Shown here: positions 51,519 to 64,000 of the stretch, one piece after another
Numbering within the stretch: the stretch's first letter is position 1
Layout: every line of letters starts with the position of its first letter
Assembly: GCA_976551045.1 (NCBI GenBank)
Contig: CDPCPM010000026.1
Span: 14,074,001-14,138,000 of the forward strand
Direction: 5' to 3'
From: Glaucostegus cemiculus
Taxonomy: Eukaryota
Length of the DNA: 64,000 nucleotides
Program-made: the position numbers and the translations under genes
Notes under the pieces: model-generated
Databases searched by the model: none
Told to the model about the DNA's origin: nothing
Seen by the model: the letters and a program-made list of their open reading frames with translations, nothing else

Positions 51519-52010
51519 ATGCTTCTAAACCTTTTCTATCCATGTACCTGTCCAACTGTCTTTTAAAAGTTGTTATTGTACCTGCCTCTACCACTTCCTC
51601 TGGCAGCCTATTCCATATACATACCACCATGTAAGAATGTTGCCCCTCAAGTTCCTATTAAATCTCTCCCCTCTCAGCTTAAACCTATGTCCTCTAGTTC
51701 ATGATTCTCCAATGCTGGAAAAAAGACTGAGTAAATTCACCCAGTCTGTGCCCCTCATGATTTTATACACCTCAATGAGATCACTTCTCGCCCTCCTACA
51801 CTCCAAGGAAAAAGTGCTAGCCTGCCTAACCTGTCTGTCTATAACTCCACTTTCAGGGAAACATGTAACTGAAGTCCAAGGTCCTTCTGTTCTACAACAC
51901 TACCCAGAGCCTTACTGCTTACTGTAAAAGTTCTACCTTGATTTGCCTATCCAAAATGGAACACCTCACACTTCTATAAATTAAATCTTGTCTGTACGTC
52001 AGTGTAAATT
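51519..52010 (-). mobile_element. CR1 3' fragment whose tail (51232-51260) is split off by the Rex1 insertion
   Basis: Minus ORF 51400..51630 VVCIWNRLPEEVVEAGTITTFKRQLDRYMDRKGLE. Confidence 0.85.
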
Positions 52011-53630
52011 GCCAAATATAGTGCACTCATTCACTAGATATGTGCAAGTACACCTGCTGGATAATCACAGGCAAGTCACCAACAAAGAGCACTTCAGTTT
52101 CCAGGCCAACCCTAAGAGAGGTAGGGAAGTGAACAAGAGGACATTCAATGATTGCAAGAAGGTGGAAGCAATTAGCGACGGGACAGTCAGTAAATAGTGT
52201 GGCGCACTAGATTTAAATAAGTGTTTTGTTTTGTAATTTTTGGGGGAGCACCCAGTCATCCTCTTAAGAGGTGGTGATTGGACAAATGTAAACCATATTT
52301 TCCACATCAGTTGTGTTTAGTGCAGCCCAATTTTACAAAAAAGGCATTAAAAAGCACTATTTTACCATTTGGGTATAGGGAAAGATTCCATCTCTTGTTT
52401 CAGATGTGGCTTTTGGATGCTTCTTTCTTCTTGTCTCTGATATTGCAGTGATTTGTGCAGCTGTCCCACTCACAACAATAGTTGCTTAGACTAGAGCCTT
52501 CACATTTCTAGACCACAGTTTTGAGTGGTTTACTTACCAGTGGCAGGATGCCAAAGATAAACTCTTGGAAAGAAAGGTGAGAACTTTGGGCCTTTGAAAA
52601 TGTTCTGATCATTGTGATGTGTTATACATGAAGCATTCCTTTAAATGAAAACATGCATACAATATAAATATATACAGTTGAGTTTTATTTTAAGTTGATT
52701 GGTTGGAGAAGTAACCGGAGATCACATTAATTCTCCACTTATTGAGAACAATGGGTGAAGCTTATCAGGAGCATTTTTATAATCCCTTTGCTTCAGGTTA
52801 GAGAACATGAAAAGATATGCTTTTATTAAAGACCATTCAATTCATTTTGCTTTGTTTTAGATTTACAAGAAATGATAATTTTCAACAGAAACTCACTGTC
52901 ATATGTTGATTAGGGTGCAATGACAGAATGCAGTGGTTGTCTTCCATATTCCTTTGGTCCATAATTTTTAATTTTAAAGGATAATGTAATTTGAAAAAGA
53001 AGTGGAAGAGAAAAGATTTGCTGAAAAATCCAGTATCTTGAGCTGTTACCAAATGTCCATTATCATTATACATGAGCAAAATCCATGTACCTTCAAAACA
53101 CGAAAAATTATGGAAATATATGCATAAACTAGCTAATTTATGAGGTGGATATTATCCTAAAAAATTCTGCTCAATGAACGAAGCATAATAATCCACTTTG
53201 TTTTTTTTAAATATTTTCTTAACCAGTGCAAATACAAAACTGCACATTCAAATTAATATAGAAGCAAAAGTAGACAAACCAGCATTGGTTTTAATTTTCT
53301 TAATGTTTCATTTAGTCTACATATCAAATTTACTTTGAACTACAGTATTGTTTGAACCAGTGCTATTTTCTGAAAATTGTTAAATTAATTTTTGAATGGT
53401 GCTTCACAAATAATGATAAATTACTTGTGCAGCCTGCCATTTGCTAATTATATCCATGATTTACTGCATAGTAAGTCTTAAATCATTCATTTCGGGACTG
53501 TATGGAATCATATAAAGTTCTGGAGGCTGAAACTTCTGCCTTTTTAACAATGTTTTGTCTTCCTTCTCACATGAAAGGAAAGAATTGTTTATTTTTAGTC
53601 CATATTGCAGAGAAACATTTGTATGTTTAA

Positions 53631-55364
<1,734 letters not shown>

Positions 55365-57769
55365 TGAACTCATTGGCCAGCTAAATCTCTTTTATTGTTA
55401 TGCCTTCAAGGAACTTCAAAGTAAATTTGCAAAGTTGTTGTGTTCTATATGTTACTGATACATCAGCTGTTCTGTTTTCCTGAGTTTTGTGTTAAATTGA
55501 AGCTATCCCATTTCAGATCAGTGACTGTAGATATTTAGAGACAAAATGTTGTAGCTTAAGGGAAGAATGAATTGGATGCTTAATTATTGTGAGACGTGTC
55601 CATGGATGTAGGTATGGGACCTACTTCATTTGATGGATAGATACTGCAAAATGAAGCATCAGCATTATAACATGGTGCTAAAAACTAAGGAACAGTGGAG
55701 GAGTTGGAAACCTCTAAATCTCTATAGCTTTTCAATTTATCTTTAGCATTGACTCCTATTTCACCAGAACAGACCCTGCACTGGTAAAAGCAACATCAAT
55801 AGCAGTATGAATAGCAAGCTAAGAATAGAACCCACTCAAATATCTGTCACTGTCTGAATGCAGTTCCATTTGTATAAAGTATGAAATCTATTAATCTAGA
55901 TGAGACTTACAATAAATAGTAACATTCCTTGTATATTACATGCAATTGAGCTTTTTAAATGATTTGTTTATTTGTAAGATCAAAGCATTTTTCAGGCCAA
56001 GCATTCTTTATCGACCTTACAACTCATAATTTTCATAGGTAAGGACTGACATTGCAAAGGTAAAGTTATTTAGCTTTTGGATTTTGTTTATATGATAACA
56101 AACACTGCACTTTATATCACTGCACATAAATCCAAGCCCCTTTAATATCCTCTTATACTATTATCATATACATATAAGCTTTGATTGCAGTTTTGTGCAC
56201 AGATTTAATTCGATCTTAATACTTAGATGAACAGTGAAGTGCATTCCACATCTTGAGCAGTACATTTCAGTTGAGTTATCTTAAATAATCAATAAAGTTT
56301 GATAACCTTATTCAGTTGACCAAAAAATGAAGTAATGCTTTCCATATAGTCAATTGCTTTACAAGTTAATCACATAAATTCTCCTTTCTTTCTCTTGGAA
56401 AACTTAATTGGGTACTTGAAACGAGCTTGACTGGACTGACTCAAAATGGGAGGATTGGTGGATGAACTTAAACTTACCGTTGTCATACAGTATATGTATA
56501 GCTAATTCTCTGCCTGTAAAATAAGTTCCTTATACACATTCTTTGTTACTCAGAACAGCTGCCTTACAAGTTCCAAGAGCGATTCAGCGTAGTGTGCCCA
56601 TCATCTTTTATGGTGCTATTTACATTTATACTGATGCCAATTCAGAGCAAAAAATTGTATCTATGCTTTAAGAAGTAAGACAGTCCATCAATATTTATTT
56701 TTTAATTACTGTCAGCTACGATTAAAAGTGTTACTGGTAATCCAGTATAAAAGGGAATAACCCTTCACTGAGGCAGTTGAAAGTTAAAGTGAACTGCTTT
56801 GTAGCTGCGCTAATTCAACAACCTCATGAATGATGATTTTGTTAATGTTGTCAGGCCATTATTAGTGTATAGGCCTTGTGAAATGGAGTATTGTGGCTGG
56901 GAGAAGAAAAACTCTCTTTCTGTCCACATACTTACTGCCTGCCTTTGGCTGAGATGGCTGGTATTAACAGCTTGTGCCAAGATCAAAATCAGATGGGGTG
57001 CGATGAGTTCTGATTGGAGAGCACATTAACCTCATCATTTAGATTTCTATACCATGAGGTGCAGAATCAGTAGAAAAAAGTGTCTTTTACATTAAAACAA
57101 ATCTTTTGTATTTCAATTTTTTGAGAAACTTGCATTCAACTTGAACAAATATTGGAAAGTCTAATTCAAAAGCAAACAAATGGAAATTCTAGAAGTAATC
57201 ATATACTGGATATAGCTGAAAGAAGAAGCATCTGGGGGAGAAAAAGAAGGTGCATTTCATTAAATGGTTGGTACATGTGTATTAATTGCATTTAGGAAAC
57301 ATGCCCAAGAAGAGGTCACAAGCAGTGAATTATTCAGATAAGATGCAAGCATTTACTAATTGTCTTTGTGAGAACATAGTAAATGTAGTTTACTTATATA
57401 TTTGATTTTGTTTGATTTAACTTTAAGACCTATGAACAATTTTTGAAATGGCTGAATTTGTTGGTGTGTGGTATTTGGGTTAAAGCACAATAATGCGTAA
57501 CAAGTAACATGAATGAACACAGGTTTTAAATGTAAATACACAAGATGTTAGAGTGATTTTTCTTCTAATTAAGTGCAATCATTATATTTTATGTGATGAT
57601 GTAGCATGCACTGTTGTAAGGTGCTCTTGTGTGCCATGAACTCAGATATAACATCACTTGTTTCTGATATTTGTGCTGATAGGAGATTCATATGAAGCAT
57701 TTCCATTGGAACATTCTTGTCCCTTTGAAAAATGTAGTGTGTTTAACCTGCAATATAGTAAAGCAAATA

Positions 57770-57862
57770 AAAAACAGAACATGCTGGAAATGCTCAGCAG
57801 GTTAGGTAGGATCCATGGAGAGAGAAACAATTGACATTTCAGGGCAAGAGCTGTTTATCAGA
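57770..57862 (-). mobile_element. Penelope-type tail with degenerate hammerhead motif
   Basis: Reverse reads TCTGATAAACAGCTCTTGCCCTGAAATGTC...ACCTGCTGAGCATTTCCAGCAT. Confidence 0.65.
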
Positions 57863-60800
57863 TTTACAATGCAATAAAGCAAACCTACTAGTCACAAAAT
57901 TCTACTAATCCAAAAGAAGAGAATGGTATCAGTGTACACAAGAAAATTTTAAGACTTAAAAGGGAAATCAAGCAGGAATACTTCTTGAAGAATTTTAGAC
58001 CTGCAGAAAAAGTTACCAGGACGGTGGTTTGAAGGCAACTAATAGCGTAAAGAAAGAGAGAAAAAAATTAAGAGCTCTGGTGGAAAAGAAGACTGAGATT
58101 ATTCAAAAAGAGACAGCCTGCTTGAACTAATGCTGCTTATCTGCTTCTAACAAAAATGTTATATTTTTGATGATATTGGAGTAAATGTATGTAGATTCTG
58201 CTTCTGGCACAGAGTTGACAGCAGAGCTTACAGGATCAGATACAAATCATTGAGCCTGACTTGCGGGGTTCTAAGTTTTCATGGCCATTTACTTTAATGA
58301 GTGGAAAACTGGGAACAATTGAATTGCATTCCCACCACCCTTCAACTGTGCTCCCATCACATATCACTCCACAATCTCTACAGAAGCAATCATTAACCCC
58401 CTCCCACCCCCCCAACTTTAAGCTAAATTTTGTTCAGTATCCCAAGTTCTCATTTAATCTCCTTCCTTATTACCCTTTCAATAACATAAGAAAACGTCTT
58501 CACAGCCTTGCATATCCTAAGGTAATGTGTTTCAAAGAAACTAATAATTGTTACACTGTACAGTAATTAAATGTAAATTTACATTTGGTCCCTTTAAAGT
58601 GATTAAAGTAGTGCAGTTGAATGTGCCCATCAGAAGAGTGTGCTGCAGCTAAAGGTCCTACATGTTCCAGACATCTTCAGTTGTTTAAGACACTGTTTTA
58701 TTAGCATTAATATAAAGTTGGTGATAGGCAAAATGGTCAGTTCAACTCAGGAGGCCTTGTAGCAGAGCTCTAGGTTGGTGAATGATTTGGTGCTCATAGC
58801 ACTATCAATTAGTTACCGGGGAAAGATTTTCTGTGCTGGAATCCATACATGGATGTGTAGGTCATCACTGCTGACTGTACTACAACACACAATGGGCTAG
58901 AAATTGATCCTCACCATTTTTTTTGGCATTAAAGCAGTGCCGTGGGTCACTTGAACATAGTGAAGATTACATAAAATGTGAGAACTTCATCTGGGAGGTT
59001 CAAAGAAGAGTGTTCTTGGATATCCCTGTGTAATGCCTGCTGAAACTGACATCAAGATTCTTGCAGTTTTCAACATGTAACCCAACAGGAGCAATCTGAA
59101 ATCAGCTCTTAAAGGGACATATCACTTATACAAGCAAAATTATTTCAGGTGCTGACTTAATGAATACTACAATTGTAGGAGGGGCTGTGAGAATGCTTCT
59201 GGGGGTCAGAAGAGCCATGCCCACAGGAGGCTTGCTCCTTGTGTAAAGGGGGAAGGGCTGCAACAGAGACCCTCCAGCGCAAGATTCTTAAGGGAGGTCT
59301 CTGTAAGTCTGCTTGTAAACAATAGTCCTTTAGAAAAACTTCCATGCAGGTAAATTTCCAAGCACACTCTGCATGCTTCTGTGGACTGAAGGAAAAGTGC
59401 CTGAAGTCTCCTCTCCTTGAGTGTGGAAATTGAGTTGCTCCCTCTAATGCACCAACAAGCAGTAAACCATGGGTTGTGGCAGGGAACAAAGGCAGCAGCG
59501 TGAAACTGAGGATAAGAAGCTGAGAATGATCATCATCCTGACCTCTGTGGCAGAACAGTTAAGGCAGAGCTGTGATGTGGTATTTAAGTTCATAGAAGGC
59601 CAATAGATCTCACTGAGAACAAAGTGTGCAGTTAAAGCTCCTAATTAGTGTTGTTTTAGGAGAAATGCAATCAGTAAAACCTGGTTGTTCTGTGAGTGAA
59701 TAAGGAACATTTTTATCAGATGAATGAGGTTGCAAATCTCACAACCAACAAATCTTGCTTGTTGCACTACCAGTAGCATCATTTGGGGAAGTCTTACATT
59801 GGGAAAAGTATACCAGGAAGAATGAAATTCTGTTTGAAGAATGAGGAAATGAATTTCCTAACAGAAACTAAGACACCTTTGAACTGAAATCGGATTTTAA
59901 AAACTGTGTAAATCATGCATGATAAAGCATTTTTGCATGCTTTAGTCCTCATTTCCAATAAAACAAACATTCAGAAATTAGATCAGATATTTCCATTAAT
60001 GATTCACCTTAATGCACTTGAAATTTCCATGATGTACATTGTACATCGGGTGACATCACCAATATCATCACTGTACCACTCCATAGTGTTTATGTGTGGG
60101 GGGAGGGGTGAACTTCCTCAACACTATGCCATTAAACTGTGCCCCCATCCAAATCATCCATCGCTCCTCAATTCTCCCCTCCATCCCTATTTTTTGCCCT
60201 CTCAACTGTTTTTTTCCTTCAAACCATGACAGTCTCAGCTGTGAATTTAGCTAGCAACTGCCACCTAATAAGTTGACTTCTGATGCTTTTATATTGGAGG
60301 AAGCCACAATAACATTTTTTTTAAAGCAAGGATGTCCTAATTTTGCAATATATTTTGGTGACATTTGACTTAGAGTTAAGAAAAAGCACAGCAGCCATTT
60401 CCTGCACTAAAAATGTTTGAAATCCAATTCTCGGCACCTAAATATGTAGAGCGGCTGTTCTCCAGGTTAAGCAAATTTTCAAAAGCACAGCACTTTCTTT
60501 TTCTGAAACGTGTGAACAAATTTCTCATCTAGTGATTCTAAATTGCAGCTCTCAGTGTAGTTTTGATGCATTGTCATATATCACATAACATTTAATGCCA
60601 TTCCAGAACTCGTGTCCAAATTATGACACCAGCCAATGTGTTAAGTTTCAGAGTCACAACAAAAGAAGTCAACTGAGATACTGGGCAGGCTAAAAACTGA
60701 TCAAGAGGTGGGTGCCAAAATTCTGTAGGGAGGTATGGATCGAAATTACCATGATACTGTCAATACTCTTCCGATCATCCTTATATATACACACTGTAAG

Positions 60801-61769
60801 TGACGGGTGGAAGAGGGATTGTGGGTGAGGGAAGGTAAGCAGTTGTTGGAGAATTGTGCAATTCTTACAAGACAATCATTACACCTTATATTTATTATTT
60901 ACCTTTGAAATTAGGATTTATATTACTTTAGCAATGTATACACACTGAGTGTGAAGGTAATTGTAGATCTTGAAAGCTAATGTTTTATAATGGGACTGAA
61001 GGAATCTGGTTTGAAAGTCTCCATCTCTGGTCATTACTCCCCATAAATTGCTTTACCATGGATGGTACCTGTATCATCAAAATCTATTCTTGCTTGATTG
61101 GTTTACCAAGTGATGGTATGAAGGACTTTGTAAATGAAATTCATTAATGAAATCGAATATTATTTCATCCAGGTACTCCTTGACCATTATCAGTTGGTGC
61201 AAAGAAATTTTCAGACCAAAAAACTTAAATGCACCATCCCTGAAAAATGAGCAGAGACACAAATTCATGTTTTTATTTTATATTCCTGCAGCTGCTGATG
61301 AGGGAGGCCTAGAGATTCATTTGCACAATGGTGAAAAAGATGTTGTAAATTTGAAAATTGCATGAATGCGGAGTGATGCAGTTCTGCATCCATTTTTAGG
61401 TGTCTTAGCACCAATCACTAACATTTTCTGCTCATGTTTGGGTGTGATTTTTCATGTTTTTTTAGTGTCAATCTCATCCAAACATGTGAGAAGCAGTGCA
61501 AAGCCCCAAATTCATCTGTGAGATTTCCATCCCCAATCATCTGAAAAAACATTTCACCATTCACTCACAGAAGCAGCAGCTTCGAGTAATGCTGGTTGGT
61601 CAGAAACAATGCTGAGTTCAAGCACCTGACGTTTGTAGCTTGATTGCGGTGCAACATTCTGCAGGCTGAAGGCTTACTCTGCACACTGCTTGCACCGAAG
61701 ATTGAGCTTTCCTTCTCACTTAAATCACTCCACTGCAGCAAGACTCACAAAGGTGATTTAACTTGACCT

Positions 61770-62760
61770 GTGATTCCTCTCAATGTCCGACATGGACCTG
61801 CAGCAGCTGTTAGAGTTCCATGATTCACAGGGAGTTGTGATCGTATCTACACTTCTCACATGAACATTGCAGGCTCTGCTTCCATGAGTTAGTCATCTCT
61901 GAGACCTGTGCTCTCATAAAATTTTATACACGTGCTCAGACTAGTCTCACAGTCAATGTCAAGGTCATATTTACTCTCATCCTTTTAGCCTGGGATCATT
62001 CCAGGCTGCAGTTATCACATATCACAGGATCCCCCTCACCACAGCATTAGAAAAGTGATTATTGCTCCAGCCCATTGGAGCAGGTAGCTGTTAATAAACC
62101 TACATTCCAGTGACCATTAAAGCTCCCATTTACAACCTGTAAATGTTCATTTACAGGAAGGGAGTGCTTTCTCTCAATATCTAGATGGACCCTTGTACTG
62201 GTCAATTCTAGGTACACTGACAGCTTGCACATTTTCAACATTTCTAAGTCAATCTCAGTTGCCACTCATCTTTCAGGGGACACTTTGCCCTGCTGGATAG
62301 GTTTTTGGAACATGAGCTATTCCCTGCTCAAATGGCTCCTCACTCCACTCAAACCAACAAGCACACCAGTTGAGCAACACTATAATGGCAGCCACACTGT
62401 CATCAGGTAGTTAATGGAGACCACTTCAGGGTTGTTAAAATGCAACTTTCCCATCTGTACCAGTCTGGCAAGGCCCTCAGCATTCACTGGAGTCTCCTAC
62501 TTTACTGTGGTCTGCAAAATATGGACATCACCAAACTTGGTCATTTCCTCCTGAGACGGAGCAAGGGACGGACAAAGAAACATGACACTAGGAGGACCAG
62601 GATGATCTGGAGGAACCAGGAGAAGAGGAGGAGGACAAGAATGAACAGCTACTCACTCCAGACCATTGTGCCCCTTGGCAGGCTTCTTCCAACAGAACAT
62701 CTTTCTGGCAATGACGTGAAACAGTACCACTTGATCCCTGAAAAATTCTCATTCTACCGA
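61770..62760 (+). mobile_element. PIF/Harbinger transposase relic
   Basis: FIYRKG..SLNI, SYSLLKWLLTPLKPTSTPVEQHYNGSHTVIR, ETTSGLLK..LSHLYQSGKAL and an acidic tail correspond to HARBI1-family NRKGxxSxN, GYPLxxWLxTP...ExxYNxxH and IERxxGxLK motifs. Confidence 0.75.
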
Positions 62761-62977
62761 TGACATCTACTGCTTTCCTACACAATCATACCCTTGCAGG
62801 ATCACCTATACCACTAAAGAATGTAGTGAATAGTCTTCAGTCAGTGTAGCTCTGTTAATTATCACCACACACTTCATCTATCAAGTTATAGCTTAAAATG
62901 GATTCAGACTTTGTCTTACAAAAACAGTACCTTAAAGCTCTCATTTCATTTTAGCCTCAGCTTTCTCAGAACTAAAG

Positions 62978-63280
62978 ATAGTGGTGCAGTTATTAGTGCG
63001 GCTGCCTCACGACACCAGTGTCCTGGGTTCATTCACAGTCTCTGATGCTGTCTGTGTTGAGCTTGAATGCTCTCCCAGTGACCAAGTGGGTTTCTTCCCG
63101 CATCCTGAAGACATGTGGGTTGGTAGGTTAATTGGCTGCTGTAATTGCTTCCAGTGCTCAGGTGAGTGGGATAATCTGAGGGGAGTTGATGGGAATGTGG
63201 AGAGAATAAGTGGGAAATGGGATTCCTCTGTGAGGCAGCATAGACTTGATGAGTTGAATAGCCTCCTTCTCTGTCATACA
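62978..63280 (+). mobile_element. Older tRNA-derived V-SINE
   Basis: GTGGTGCAG...GCTGCCTCAC...CCTGGGTTCA head, V-domain remnants, CR1-like tail. Confidence 0.75.
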
Positions 63281-64000
63281 GAAAATGTGGAGCAAACAAA
63301 AAATCCACTTCTAATCACATCAAATCTTGTAAAAATGTGAATGTTATTCCTTATTGTGCACTCTGTTTTCACCTTTCAAGTCCAAAACCTGCTGTATCTC
63401 AATTTAATCTGAGAAGCTGAATACCTCTGAAGCAATTCTTTCAATTTGTAAGTCTTATAGGTGCTCATCAAATGGCTCACTTTAGAAAGATGCAGTCAAG
63501 TACAACAGTCAGGGTCAGAACAATACAAAGTACCAGGGCAACTCATTGAGGTCACAAGGACACTTAATGATCTCCTCCTGAATCAAAGGAATATTAAGGC
63601 AACAGCTGCAAATGGTAATCATTTTGCTTGATCAAGGCATGAACTCATTAGGCCTCATGGTCTCATTTGGAATTGCAGCCAAATCTCTAACAATGTGATT
63701 CATTTGGCATATCAGTCCATTCAGATTCAGACTTAAATTCATATTTCTGGCAGCCGGACTCTGGCCATAGTCTTCTTATGAAGCCTCTATGAAAGAAACA
63801 CAATATTGCAGTTCTGCACCAACGTGCTTCAAACAGATATATCTACCACTACTTTTCTGTGTTTCTTCAAGCAGCAATGACATTTCAGTGGCAAATGGTT
63901 CCCTAAAAGAAAGGCTAAGACATTGCATGACCTTATGATGCTTGACCTTTGTCAATGCAATTGCCTATTTGGGATCACCCTCATATTTCCTTGTGTTCTT

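Noticed and set aside
62225-62763. Domesticated HARBI1-like host gene
   Set aside because: Stops, frameshifts and degraded catalytic motifs indicate a dead transposon copy.

Overview
AT-rich vertebrate genomic DNA. The repeat families (CR1/L2/Rex1 LINEs, V- and Deu-type SINEs, Penelope elements) suggest a cartilaginous fish, probably a ray or sawfish; this is inference. The window appears to lie entirely inside the + strand gene ZNF536. Two coding exons are visible: 31844-31996 (153 bp, missed by the ORF track) and 53668-55329 (1662 bp). They join in frame through a TGEKP zinc-finger linker. The rest is intron, filled with decayed transposons: a near-full-length CR1 with nested insertions, Penelope relics with degenerate hammerhead ribozyme motifs, three Harbinger relics and a solo LTR with intact target-site duplication. 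Several TE-free blocks look like conserved enhancers. I find no convincing new multi-gene system. The most unusual unexplained structure is a ~630 bp palindrome at 36693-37320. Repeat boundaries are approximate and family calls come from recognised motifs, not database searches.
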